Positions 37,500 through 51,344 of a DNA stretch of 64,000 nucleotides are shown here, piece by piece (positions within the stretch are counted from its first letter, which is position 1; each line of letters starts with the position of its first letter). The notes under the pieces were generated by a model. That model did not search any database. It saw only the letters and a list, made by a program, of their open reading frames with translations, and was not told the DNA's origin. The position numbers and the translations under genes were made by a program. This DNA comes from Mobula birostris (lineage: Eukaryota), in assembly GCF_030028105.1 (NCBI RefSeq), contig NC_092397.1, forward strand, positions 22,888,630-22,952,629, in the 5' to 3' direction.

Positions 37500-40400
37500 G
37501 ATTTGAGACTTTACAGAGGAAGTTGGAGAAGTGGTGTTATTGGATTTTTGGGAGCCATTTGCCAAGGTGCCACATGTCAGGCTGGTGCACAAGACCAGAG
37601 CTCAGTACTGGGAAGGAAGTGTGTTAATACTGACTGAAGACTGGTTACCATACTGAGACAGAATAACAGGTCTGTTTCAGACTGGGATGATATTACTAGT
37701 GGAGTTTCCCAGTGACCAGTTCTGGATCGACAATGATTTATTATTGATATTAATGACCTAGAGGAGGGAGTTCAATGACAGGGAATGTGGTGGGAGACAT
37801 GTTGTGATTGGACATTTCATCTCTCCAACAGGATAAGAAGAAGCTGGTGAGTAGAATACTTGGTAAATGGAGTTTAATGTGGTGAAGTATGATGGCGTGT
37901 AGAGTGGTAGGAGGAATCAAAACTGTGATTTATGTGGAGATAAATTGTAAACGAGAGAAATAGAGAGGGGTCAAGGTGCTGAACTACACAACAAAATAGA
38001 GATGGATGCAGTGAGTGGTTCATAAAACAATATATGACCAAGGTTCAGAGCTGAATGGTTCATTGACATTCACTGCTGGGTTGTTGGTGCGGAGAAACAG
38101 AGAAATGTTGTTACTGTGACAGACAAGTGCACAATGATGGATTTTGGGAAGTTAAAGCAGGTCAGGACATATCCAGTGAATGGAGGGTCCTGAGGAGTGT
38201 TGATGAAAGAGAAACCTGGGGCACAGGTGCGTAATTCCCTGAAAGTGCCAACACAGGTAGAAAAGGTGGTGAAGAAGGAACACGACATGCTTGTCTTCAT
38301 TGGCAAAGGCTCTGAGAGGAGTTGGGTCATCACATTACAGTTGTACATATCAATAATGACACCACACCAGGAGTACCCTGTGCAGTTCTGGTCACATGAG
38401 AGGAAGGATGTGATTAAGCTGGAAAGGTGCACAAACGATTCACAGGAATGTTATCTGGACTGGGGGCTTGAGTTACAAGGAAAGATCAGACCGACTGGGA
38501 CTGTCTTCCCTGGAGTGAAGGAGACTGAGAGGAGACCTGACAGAAGTTTATAAAACTATGAGAGGTGTAGACAAGGTAAACAGGCAGAATCATTTTGCCA
38601 GGGTAGAAATATCAAATATGAGAAGGTGCAGCTTTAAAATGCCAGGGTGAGAATTTAAAGGTGGACGTTAGGGCAGGTAAGATTTCTGTTTCTGTACAGA
38701 GAGTGGTGAGGGCCGGGTATGGGCTGCCATGGGGAGTGGTGGAAGCAGATACGATAATGACATTTAACAGGGTTTTAGACAAGTCCATGAATATTCAGAG
38801 AATTTAAGCACATCAATTATAAGCAGGCAGAAGAGATTAAGTTTCATTTGGCATCGTGTTCAGCACAGACATCATGGGAAGAAGGGTCTGTTCCTGTGCT
38901 GTACTGTTCTGTGTTCTCGGTGAGCCTCAGTGACAGGGGAGTCTTTAGCCAGGTGTAGCTGTGGTAAGGAGAGAGACTGCACGATGGTGCATTACCTCCC
39001 TGGTACCAGGGACAGGGATGGAACTGAACAAGTACAGGCCATTCTGAAAGGGCAGGGTGAGCAGCCAGAGGTCGTGGTCCATATTGGCTCTAACAAAAGA
39101 GACAAAGTCCTGCAAAGAGAACTTAGGGAGTTGGGGAAAAGTTAAGTAGAAACTCTGGTGGGGGGTGGGGATAATCCCAGTACCACTCGCTAGCGAGGGA
39201 AGGAAAAAAAAAGGTATCACAGTTCCGGCCCAAAACGGTGACTTTTCGTTTCCACGGATGCTGCCCGACCTGCTGAGTTCCTCCAGCGTGGTGTGCATGT
39301 TGCTTTGACCCCAGCATCCGCAGAGTATTTTGTGTTTACAGAGATCCAGCTGAGAGAAGGGCAAGACTGGAAGTGAAACATTCCAGGATTCAGATGATTC
39401 AGACAGTCCAGAGGGAGGTGAATGAGGTTGGGGATCTGTACGGCTGATCAGGCAGAATGTCACAAGGTCGAGGTCACTCTGGAGGCTCCTCCAGTCAGAC
39501 AATGTGGGTGAAGTTCAGGAATAAGAAAGGAGCAATCCCCGTGCTAGGATTATACTGGAAGCCTCACAACGGCCAGTAAGAGAGGAACAGATATGTCGGC
39601 AGGTTATGGACTGATGTAAAAACTACAGAGTAGATGTGGTGAGTGAATAATCTCCCCAGAGTAACTGGGACTCCCTTGCACCCTCAGGCTTGGATGGAGC
39701 ATTATCTGTGTTCAGGAAGATTTCCTGAAACAATATGTGGTCTACCAGGGAGGGGGACATTCTTGACTTCACCTTGGGAAATATGGGACTCAGCAGAGTG
39801 GTGGCAGGAACAACCAGTGTTCAAAGAGGAATTAGACAGGTCCTTCAGGGGAAATGACCTGCAGAGTTGTGGGTGCAGTGGGGAATGGGATTGTGGAAAT
39901 GTTGTAGCAGGAGTTGGTATAAATTTGATGGGTCAAATAGTCTCGACGATCACAGAATGATTCTCTGCCCAATAATAGTCTGAAAAAAATCACTCTGGTC
40001 GCCAGTGAATCTACCAAACTCCAGGATGGACAAGATCAATTGTGTAATAAGGACACACTTCTGTTGAAACACTGACACTGTATACCAAGCACACTGAGCT
40101 GCCAGAGCACAGCACCGGCCCGTGAGGACACAGACCAGTACAACACCCGGCTCTCTACTACAAAGTTCAAAGCTGAAAGTAAATGTATTATCAAAATACA
40201 TTTCTGTCACCATATACAACCCTGAGATTAGTTTTCTTGTGGGCATACTGCTGGTTTGTTAGAGTGGTTGGGGAGGGTTTAAACTAATTTGGCAGGAGCA
40301 TGGGAACTGGTGTGAAAGGATGCAGGATAGGACAGATGGTAAAGAAAGCAAAGATTGCATGCAGTCACACTGTCAGGAAGGGCAGGCAGATGATAGGACA

Positions 40401-41383
40401 TAACTGCAGCCAGCAGGGTGAGTATCAGTGCATGAGGGATGCAAAATCAATTAGGGTAGCAAATGCAGAACTCAAACTGTTATATCTCAATACACGGAGT
40501 GTAAGAAATAAGGTGGATAATCTTATTGCCCTATTACGGATTGTCATGTTTAATGTTGTGACCATCACTGAATCACGGCTGAAGAATGTTTGTATTTGGG
40601 AGCTAAATGCCCCAGGTTACACGTATCAGAGGGATAGGAAGGTAGGCAATGGGGATGGCGTGGCTCTGCTGGTAAAGAATGGTAACGAATCAGTAGAAAG
40701 ATGTGACACAGGATCGGAAGATGTTGAATCCTTGTGAGCTGAGTTTAAAAACTGCAAGTGTAAAAAGGACGTTGATGGTAGTTGTATACAGGCCTCCCAA
40801 CAGTTGCTGGTATGTGGACCACAAATTACAACAGGAAATAGAAAAGGCAGGTCAAAAGGGCAATGTTGTGGGAGATTTCATCGGAGTCATGGGAGATTTT
40901 AACATGCAGGTCGATTGGGAAAAATCAGGTTGGAAATAGATCTCGAGAGTCAGTTTGGTGAATGCCGAACAGATGGCTTTTTGGAGCAGTTTGTCATTGA
41001 GCTACTAGGGGAACAGCTATACTGGATTGTGTGTTATTGAATAAACTGGAGGTGATTAGGGAGCTTAAGGTAAAAGAACCCTTAGGAGGCAGTGATCTCA
41101 GTATCATTGAGTTCAACCTGAAACTGGATAGGGAGAATGTACAGTCTGACACAGCAGTGTTTCAGTGGAGTAAAGGCAGTTACAGTGGTATGAGAGAAGA
41201 GTTGGCTAAAATAAATTGGAAGGAGATGCTGGCAGGGATGGCAGCAGAGAAGCAACAGTTTCTGGGGAGAATGAGGGAGGTGCAGGATGAATGTATTCCA
41301 AAAACAAATAAATACTCAAATGGCAAAATAGTACAACCGTGGCTGACAAGGAAATCAAAGCTAATGTAAAACCAAAAGGGAGG
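37500..41383 (+). mobile_element. Stacked CR1 fragments (RT C-terminus, ORF1 esterase, APE endonuclease)
   Basis: EQPEVVVHIGSN, LLYLNTRSVRNKVD, VVYRPPNS and MGDFN motifs. A truncated Penelope-derived piece is inserted at ~39222-39338. Confidence 0.7.
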
Positions 41384-42373
41384 TGTGATGAGAATACACA
41401 TAAAATTAAGATGTTTGCTGGCCTGGGTTAGCATCAGTGGCATCAGCAGTTGGTCTGCCACCTGTCCTCAGGGGGAAGGAGAGATAAGGAACAATGAAGC
41501 AGCATGTGGAGATGGTAATGAAGGAGCCATCAGTCTGGGTATTGCCAAGATCGGCTCCCCCTTTGAACCCTGAACTGTTTAAAGTGATGGACAGGCGATG
41601 TGAAGATGTGTAATGAGGGGGGGGGGGAGAGAGAGAGAGAGAGACACACACACACACACTCCCCCTTTGAACCCTGAACTGTTTGAAGTGATGGACAGGC
41701 GATACCCCAGCAGGGGGATAAAAAGGGACAGGTTCGCTAAGGCAGGACACACGACACCCGAGGTAACGAGACCCTGGAAGCGGTGCGCCTCTCACAAGTC
41801 GGTGAGAAGCTCTTGGATGGCTGATCGGGGGATCAGCCTTAAACGCACAGGGTGGAAAGGTACGATCAGCGGGAACCCGGTGGGTGTCCACCCTCGCTTG
41901 GGTGCCGGGTTCACTGCAGAGGATCGACCGCATCTGGAGGAGGGTCACAGACGGTGACCTCAGGTGACATCACCAAGGACCTGCCTGGAAGCTGTTTGTG
42001 AGCCATATCGCCGGTCTAGTGAGTGGAAGCCGTGTCTGAATGATCAGTCGTTCCCATTCTCTCTCTCTCGCTCCCCCCACGTTGTCTATCGCCATGGCAA
42101 CGATTACTGCGAACTGAACTAAATTGGACTGAACTTTTGTGTCACTTTGAAATTTGGTCATTTACCCCTAGACAACGATAGAGCTTGATTGATGCTGTTA
42201 TCTTAATTCTGTGCACATGTGTGTTTATCATTGCTGAACTGCTGCATTTATTATCCTTTCAATTACTGTGTTGCTTGTTTCTTTAATAAAACTTTCTTAG
42301 TTCCAGTAATCCAGACTCCAACTGAGTGATCCATTTCTGCTGGTTTGGCAACCCAGTTACGGGGTACGTAACA
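41384..42373 (+). mobile_element. Solo LTR (Ty3/Gypsy- or ERV-type), 990 bp
   Basis: TGT...ACA termini, 4-bp TSD GAGG (41380-41383 and 42374-42377), AATAAA at 42285. Interrupts a CR1 ORF2. Confidence 0.85.
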
Positions 42374-43589
42374 GAGGGCATATAACAAAGCAAGGCAGCA
42401 GAAAGGGAAATATAGACCAGTTAGACTGACCTCAGTGGTTGGGAAGATATCGGAGTCAATTATTGAAGAGTATTGGAAACACAGGACAAGAAAGGACAAA
42501 GTCAGCACGGTTTCCTTAAGGGAAAGTCTTGCCTGATGAACCTGTTGGAATACCTTGAGGAGATTACACGCAGGATGGATAAAGGGGATGCACTGATGTC
42601 ATATACTTGGACTTTCAAAAGGCTTTCTTTGACAAGGTGCCACAAATGATCGTGGCAATAAAAGGATTAATGCATGAGGGTGACCACTAGAAGTGGGAAT
42701 GGTGCTGGAGATGGACAGACCTGGAGTTTCCAGGATGCTGAGACCAGAGATTCAGTGGGTTGGTCAAACCTGAGGTCAGGCTGTAAATAGTTTGGTGACT
42801 ACCACGACTGGAAAGGGGAAGAGACAGACAGTGCAATGTCTCCCTGTGGCTGTGACCCTCAGCAACAAGTACACTCCTTTGGATACCCCTGGAAGAGTGA
42901 CAAACCAGAGAGCAGCAGCCTGTCATGTCAGTGATACTGACACCCCGGTCCGATGCTCCGCGGGAGGAAAGGTCAATCACAGCAGTGATGACAACAGACT
43001 CACAGTATAGGGGATGTGCAGGAGATTCTGTGACAGCAAGAGAAATGCCACAGCGGGGTGTCGCCTCCTGGGTACTGGGGTCAGGCACGTCTCAGATGTG
43101 CAGGGTTTCCTAATGATAAACTTGCCAGTTGATTTGGTGGTACGGAAATCAAATGCAACGTCAGCATTCATTTCAAGACTACAACACAAAAGCAAGAATG
43201 TAATGCTCAGAGTTTATAAGGCATTGGTCCGATCACACTTGGAGTATTGTGAACTGTTTTGGGCCCCTTATCTAAAAAGGTACGTGCTCGCATTGGAGAG
43301 GGTCCAGAGGAGGTACACAAGAATGATCCAAGCAATAAAAGGGTTAATGCACGAGGATTGTTTGCTGCCCTGGGCCTGTACTCGCTACACTTTACAAGAA
43401 CGAGGGAATCTCATTGAAACCTATCAAAAATAGAAAGACCTACAATGGAGTGGGGAGGATGTTTCCGATAGTGGGGCAGCCTGGGATCACAGGGCACAGC
43501 CTCAGAATACTAGGACATCCTGTTAGAACAAAGATCAGGAATAATTTCCATACCAAGGGGTAGTGCATCTGCACAGCCTGTGTCAGGAT

Positions 43590-44850
43590 GTTGTTCATTG
43601 ACTATAGCTCAGTGTTTAATACCATCAATCCCACAGTCCTGATTAATAAGCTGCAGAACCTGGTCTCTCTGCAACTCGATCCTCGACTTCCTAACCGGGA
43701 GACCACAATCTGTGTGGATTAATGGAGATGGGCTAACCCCTATTGACATCAGTGGATCTGGGGTTGAGACTGTAAACAGCTTTAAGTTCCTCAGCATCAG
43801 CATACCGAGGATCTCACGCAGTCTGCACACACCAGCTGAGTGGTGAAAAAGGCACAACAGCGTCGCTTTCACCTCAGACGGTTGAGGAAGTTTGCTATGA
43901 GCCCCCAAATCCTAAGAACTTTCTACAGGGGCAAAATTGAGAACATCCTGAATGGCTGCATCACTGCCTGGTATGGGAACTGCATCTCCGTTAATCGCAG
44001 GACTCTACAGAGAGTGGTGCAGACAGCCCAGCGCCATCTGTGGTTGTGAACTTCCCATCACTGAGGACACTTACAACAGAAGGTGTGAGAAAAGGGCCTG
44101 AAGGATCACTGGGGACCTAAGTCACCCCAACCACAATCTATTCCAGCTGCAACCATCCGGGAAACAGGACCGCAGCATAAAAGCCAGGACACACAGGCTC
44201 CGGCTCAGCTTCTTCCACCAGGCCATCAGACTGATTAACTCACACTGATTTGAGTGTATTTCTATGTTACACTGGCTGTTCTATTTATTATAAATTAATA
44301 TAAATTACTATGATTGTAAATTGCACATTTAGACGGAGATGTAACAAAAATTTTTACTCCTCATGTACATGAAGGATACAAGAAATAAAGTCAATTCAAA
44401 TTGATATCTCCTCCTCGCTGACAATCAACACTGACACTGGTGCACCTCAGGGATTGTGCTTAGCCGACTGCTCCACTCCCCCTCTACCCATGACTGTGTG
44501 ACTAAGCGTAGCTCAAAAGCCGTCCATAAATATGCTGGATACAACCGTTGCTGGTACAATCTCAGATGGAGAGGAGAGGACTTACAGGAGCAAGATATAC
44601 CAGCTAGTTGAGTGGTGTCGCAGCAACAACCTTGTGCTTAATGTCTGTGCGACAAAAGAGCTGATTGAAGGAAAGGTACGATGAGGGAACACAAACCAAT
44701 CCTCAGAGAGGGATGAGAAGTGGAGAGAGTGAACAATTTCAAGTTCCTGGATATCAATATCTCCGAGGATCTAACCTGGTCCCAACATATCGATGCAGCT
44801 ACAGTATAAATAAGGCATGACAGCGGATATGTTTCATAAGGAGTTTGGAG
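43590..44850 (+). mobile_element. Rex1/Babar-type LINE RT fragments (two copies)
   Basis: FIDYSSVFNTI and VKKAQQRRFHLRRLRKF...ENILNGCITAWYGNC motifs. Confidence 0.75.
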
Positions 44851-45514
44851 AAAGTTGATTTCTCAATTTAAAACAGACAAAACTGCTCTAGATGTATTCT
44901 ATATATGTTATTTCTGTTTTTGCACTGTTTTCAATCTACAAAATAAACATATCCATACACACACATACTGTAATTTATTTATTCTTTCTATATTATCATG
45001 TACAGCATTGAACTGCTGCTGCTACATTAACAAATTTCATGACACATGTCGGTGGTAATAAACCTGATTCTGGTTCGGACTCTGAATTCATCCCCACAGA
45101 CGGCTGTGGCCAATTCATTGGGTATATTTAATGTGGATGTTCTTGATTGTGGGTGGGATGGGAGGGATAAGGATCGGTGATGGTCTCCCGAATGACCTGC
45201 CAGAGGAGGTGGTGGAGGCAGAAACGCACAAGTCTCTGTTCATGAACACTTCTCAGGAACCTGTCATTCACTGTGTACATCCTGTCCTGGTTAAACTTCC
45301 CAGTGCTGGATCCATTGCTGTTTTCCATCTGTATTAACGATCTGGATGAGAATGTGGTAAACTGGATCAGCAAGTTTGCAGATAACACCAAGATTAGGGG
45401 TGCAGTGGACAGCAAGAAAGGCTAGAAAATATTGAGATGGGACGTTGTCCAGCTGTTAAAATGGCAGATGGAATTTAATGCAGATATTATGATGTGTGTG
45501 TAACAAAAGTTTAA

Positions 45515-48500
45515 CGAGAGAAATATGTGGTTTAAAGAGGATGAGGAAAAGCAAGCAGGCTGCGAGTGGAACGGCTCAGGATTTCCAGAGCGAAGGCATT
45601 TTACTACTCGGAGTAAAGAGAGGCAAGACTGCACAGGTACATGACGTCAGCCAGTAGAGCGGGAAAAGGTTAAAAAGAAGACCGCCATATCCAGCGGGCA
45701 GCAGAATGAGAGGGCTTTGGCTCAACTGGTTTAGGTGGTAATGCGGCGAGGTAGGTTTACCTGTGTTAATTGCGGAAAGGAAGTATGTGTGTGACACTGG
45801 TGTTCTGTGCTCGGTGCCAGATGTGGTAAGTTCTGGAGTCTCCCAGCCTCCTGGACGGGAATATCCGCACCCGTGTGTTGAGCTGTGGCTCCTAAGGGAT
45901 CGCGTCAGGGAACGGGAGTTGCAGCTCGTTGACCTTCGTCTGGTCAGGGAGAGCAAGGAGGTGATACAAGGATGATCACACCGGGACCACAGGAGACAGA
46001 CAAGTGGTTAAGAGTCAGGAGAGGGAAGGGGAAGAGTCAGGTACCAGAGAGTAGCTCTGTGGCTGTCCCCCTGAACAATAAGTACTCCTGTTTGAGAACT
46101 GTTGGTGGGGCGGGGTGGGACAGTCTTCCTGGGGGAAGCAACAGCAGCCGAGCCACTGGCACAGAGCCCGGCCCTGTGGCTCAGAAGGGTAGGGAAAGAA
46201 AGAGAAAGGCCTTAGTGATAGGGGACTCTTTAGTTAGGCACTCTGTGAATGCAGGAAAGAAACACGGATGGTAGTTTGCCTCCCAGATGCCAGGGTCCGG
46301 GAAGTTTCAGATCGCGTCCAAAATATCATGCAGTGGAATGGAGAACAGCCAGAGGTTGTGGTACATATTGGTACCACTAACATAGGTAGGAAAAGGGTGG
46401 AGGTCCTGAACACAGTCTACAGGGAGTTAGGGAGGAAGTTGAGAAGCAGGAGAGCAAAGTTAGTAATCTCGGGATTACTCCCTGTGCCACGCGACAGTGA
46501 GTATAGGAATAGAATGAGCTGGCGGATAAATGCGTGGCTGAGGGATTGAAGCAGGGGGCAGGGATTCAGATTTCTGGATCATTGGGACCTCTTTTGGGGC
46601 AGGTGTGACCTGTACAACAAGGACGAGTTGCACTTGAATCCCACGGGGACCAATATCTTGTGGGGAGGTTTGCTACTGAGGAGAGTTTAAACTAGAACTG
46701 TTGGGGGGTGGGGACCGAATTGAAGAGACTGGGGAAGAGGCGGTTGGCTCACAAATAGAGAAAGCTTGGAGACAGTGTGTGAGGGAGGACAGGCAAGTGA
46801 TAGAGAAGGTACATGCTCAGACCAACAGTTTGAGATGTGTCTATTTTAACGCAGGGAGTATTGTGAACAAAGCAGATGAGCTTAGAGCATGTATCACTAC
46901 TTGGAGCCATGATGTGGTGGCCATTACAGAGACTTGGATGGCTCAGGGACAGGAATGGTTACTTCAAGTGCCGGGTTTTAGATGTTTCAAGAAGGATAAA
47001 GAGGGAGGCCAAAGTGGTGGGGCGTGGCACTGTTGATCAGAGATAGTGTCATGCCTGCAGAAAAGGAGGACGTCATGGGAGGATTGTCTACAGAGTCTCT
47101 GTGGGTGGAGGTTAGGAACAGGAAGGGGTCAATTACTCTACTGGGTGGTTTTCATAGGCCACCCAATAGTAACAGGGATATCGAGGAACAGATAGGGAAA
47201 CAGATCCTGGAAATGAGTAATAACAACAGAGTTGTCGCAGTGGGAGATTTTAATTTCCCAAATGTCAATTGGCATCTCCCCCGAGCAAGGGGTTTAGATA
47301 GGGTGGAGTTTGTTTGGTGTGTTCAGAAAGGTTTCTTGACACAATGCGTAGATAAGCCTACAAGAGGAGAGACTGTACTTGATTTGGTATTGGGAAATGA
47401 ACCTGGTCAGGTGTCAGTTCTCTCAGCAGGGCAGCATTTTAGAGATAGTGATCATAATTCTATTTCCTTTACAATAGCATTGGGAGAGATAGGAACAGAC
47501 AAGTTAGAAAAGTGTTTAATTGGAGTAAGGGGAATTATGAGGCTATCAGATAGAAACTTGGAAGCTTAAATTGGGAACAGATGTTCTCAGGGAAAGGTAC
47601 AGAAGAAATGTGGCAAACATTCAGGGGATATTCGTGTGAAGTTCTGCATAGGTACATTCCAATGAGACAGGGAAGTTATGGTAGGGTACAGGAACCGTGG
47701 TGTACAAAGGCTGTAGTAAATCCAGTCAAGAAGAAAAGAAAAGCTTACAAAAGGTTAAGAGAGCTAGGTACTGTTAGAGATCTAGAAGATTGTCAGGCTA
47801 ACAGGAAGGAGCTTAAGAAGGGGCCATGAGAAGGCCTTGGCGGGCAGGATTAAGGAAAACCCCAAGGCACTCTACAAGTATGTGAAGAGCAAGAGGATAC
47901 GACGTGAAAGAATAGGACCTATCAAATGTGACAGTGGGAAAGTGTGTACGGAACCGAAGGAAATAGCAGAGGTACTTAATGAATACATTACTTCAATATT
48001 CACTACAAAAAAGGATCTTGATGATTGGTGTGATGACTTGCAGTGGACTGAAAAGCTTGAGCATGTAGATATTAAGAAAGAGGATGTGCTGGAGCTTTTG
48101 GAAAGCATCAGGTTGGATAAGAGGCCGGGACCAGATGATATGTACCCCAGGATACTGCGGGAGGCAACGGAGGAGATTGCTGAGCCTCTGGCGATGATCT
48201 TTGCATCATCAATGGGGACAAGAGAGGTTCCGGAGGACTGAGGATGTTGTTCCCTCATTCAAGAAAGGGAGTAGAGATAGCCCAGGAAATTATTGACCAG
48301 GGAGTCTTACTTCAGTGGTTGGTAAGCTGATGAAGAAGATCGTGAGAGGCAGGATTTATGAACATTTGGAGAGGTATAATATGATTAGGAATAGTCAGCA
48401 TAGCTTTGTCAAGGGCAGGTTGTGCCTTACGAGCCTGATTGAATTTTCTGAGGATGTGACTGAACACATTGATGAAGGGAGAGCAGTAGATGTAGTGCAT

Positions 48501-49678
48501 ATGGATTTCAGCAAGGTATTTGATAAGGTACCCCGTGCAAGGCTTATTGAGAAAGTAAGGAGGCATGGGATCCAAGGGGACAATGTTTTGCGGATCCAGA
48601 ACTGGCTTGCACACAGAAGGCAAAGAGTGGTTGTAGACGGGTCATATTCTGCATGGAGGTCGGTGATCAGTGGTGTGCCTCAGGGATCTGTTCTGGGACC
48701 CTTACTTTTTGTGATTTTTATAAATGAACTGGATGAGGAAGTGGAGGGGTGGGTTAGTAAGTTTGCTGATGACACAAAGGTTGGGGGTGCTGTGGATAGT
48801 GTGGAGGGCTGTCAGAGGTTACAGTGGGACATTGATAGGATGCAAAACTGGGCTGAGAAGTGGCAGGTGGAGTTCAACCCAGATAAGTGTGAAGTGGTTC
48901 ATTTTGGTAGGTCAAATATGATGACAGCATATAGTATTAATGGTAAGACCAAGGCAGTGTAGAGGACCTGAGGGCTCTTGGGGTCAGAGTCCATAGGACA
49001 TTCAAAGCAGCTGCGCAGGTTGACTATGTGGTAAAGAAGGCATACGCTTCATTTTCCTTCATCAATTGTGGAATTGAAATTAGGGGCTGAGAGGTAATGT
49101 TGCAGCTCGATAGGACCTTGGTCAGATCCACTTGGAGGACTGTGCTCAGTTCTGGTCGCCTCACTACAGAAGGATGTGGAAACCACAGAAAGGTGCAGAG
49201 GAGAATTACAAGGATGTTACCTGGATTGGGGAGCATGCCTTATGAGAATAGGTAGAATGAACTCGGCCTTTTCTCCTTGGAGCGATAGAGGATGAGAGGT
49301 GACCTGATAGAGGTGTATAAGATGATGAGAGGCATTGACTGTGTGGATAGTCAGAGGCTTTTTCCCAGGGCTGAAATGGCTGCCACAAGAGGGCATAGGT
49401 TTAACGTGCTTGGGTGTAGGTACAGAGGAGATGTCAGGGTAAGTTGTTTTTTTTTCTTTATTTTAAACGCAGAGAGTGGTGAGTGCATGGAATGGGCTGC
49501 AAGCAATGGTGGTGGAGGCTGATACGATAGGGTCTTTTCAGAGACGTTTGGATAGATACATGGAGCTTAGAAAGACAGAGGGCTATGGGTAACCCTAGTA
49601 ATTTCAAAGGTAGCTACATGTTTGGCACAACTTTGTGGGCCGAAGGGCCTGCATTGTGCTGTAGGTTTTCTATGTTTC
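45515..49678 (+). mobile_element. Near-full-length but inactivated CR1 LINE
   Basis: ORF1 SGNH-esterase motifs (VIGDSLVR, VVVHIGTTNI, DELHLN), APE motifs (YFNAGSIVNK, GDFNFP, SDHN), RT motifs (SGVPQGSVLGP, KFADDTK) and a TTTCTATGTTTC tail. Multiple stops and frameshifts. Confidence 0.92.
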
Positions 49679-50779
49679 CTTTCTCCCCAGAGGGAGGTTA
49701 CAATCTGGAACACAGTCTGAAGGGGTGATGCAGGCTGGTATTTAAGGAGCATCTGGATGAGCATTTGAATCACCAAGGCAGGGTAGGAGACAGACCAAGT
49801 TCTGAGTTAGTGGAGACAGATTCTCGATGGTCAGTATGGACATGCAGAAACCACTGACTGTGAAAGTGCAATGGGAACCTGAAACACAGAACTTCAGGAT
49901 GGTCATACCTAAAACATTCAGTACCCAGTATGATGGGATTGTTGTTGTACAAAGGAATTAATGGTCAAATACTGAACCAACCCCCTCAAAAGGCTACCAA
50001 AATGCTGCCATTCCCTATGCACCAGTAACAATAGTTTTCTATGGGAATTTGGTGAAGTACTCTGGGTGATATTAGGAGAGATGGCTGACAGGTTGGTCAT
50101 AGTGGGAGGGTGCAAATGTCTTCTCAGAGGGTAAGGGGTTCAGTGGAACAAGCTCACAGCTGAGAATGAAGGTGACAAGCCCCAGTGCAGTGGAGGACTG
50201 CTGTGGTCAGGGTTGTACAGGATAGAAACAGACCCTCTGGCCCATCACATTTATGTTCCCCATCATACACAGCTATACTAATCCCACTTCCCTGCATTAG
50301 TTTCATATCCCTCTGGGTCTTGCTCACTGAAGCCCCTGTGCATGTGCCTCTAATATTGTTACACAGTTCTCTGTATGTGGCATCACAGGCAGACAGGGTT
50401 GTGTGTTCTACTTGCCTTGTCAGCCAAAGAACTGCCTCTCATTAGAGTAGGACAAAACTGTTTAAAGACAGATTTAAAGGGGATCTGAGGGGTAAATATT
50501 TCACACAGAGAATAGCTGGTATCTAAATCAGTACCAGAAGAGGTGTGGGGGAGGGGGGCAGAAACTCCTCAGGAACCTGTGTACATCCTGCTATGATTTA
50601 ACCTCCCAAAATAGAGTCACTGATTTATACAGAACTGAAACAGTCCCTTTGGTACAACTCATCCCCGCCGACCAAGTTGTCGACCTAAACTCGTCCCGTC
50701 TGCCTGCATTAGGCCCGAATCCCTCTCAACCTTTCCCATCCATGTGACTGTGCAAATATGTTTTAAATATTGTACCTGA

Positions 50780-51110
50780 GGCAGAGAGCCGGTGCAGTGA
50801 GGCGCTGACAGACACTCACTGTTCCGCGGGCAGGAAAGGGAGAGGCCGAAACCCCAACAAGTCGAGACCGACTCCACCATCCCGGACTTACCGCCCACCC
50901 CGGACCGTTCCCCAGGAAACGACGTCGCTGAAGGTGGGGCTTTGTGACGTCAGCGCGTCACGGGGCAACAATCACAACGTGTCACGTGACAATGACACGG
51001 CAGCCGGGGAGGCGGGGCAGAGGGAGCTGTCAATCAGCAGAGCGGCTGAAAAACTTGCGACATTGTAAACAGAATGGGGAGAGCGGGAGATTTCCAGGGA
51101 CGTGACCCAC
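50780..51110 (-). promoter_or_regulatory. CpG-rich promoter-like module with candidate first exon
   Basis: CRE TGACGTCA at 50945-50952, palindromic GTCACGTGAC E-box, GC box, and a minus-strand donor G|GTAAGT at 50891-50886. Confidence 0.55.
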
Positions 51111-51344
51111 TCCCCCATTCCCTGGAATTGAGTGTGTTATACACAGTAATATTCATATTGTAATTTAGCTCTTCGATCTTATAAATATGTCATGTTTGTA
51201 TTTTCTATATTTTTGTGTGGATAATCTTTTTATAATTTTGGATAAAATATGTTGGAACTAGATCATGAAAAAAGAGCGTCACGGAAAAATATTGTCAAAG
51301 CCAAAATATTATCCAAAGTAAGTTGTTATCACACTGCGCATATG

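Noticed and set aside
41406-41957. ORFs inside the solo LTR
   Set aside because: They cross microsatellites and show no gag/pol/env motifs.
45515-49678. Active autonomous CR1
   Set aside because: ORF1 and ORF2 are broken by many stops and frameshifts.
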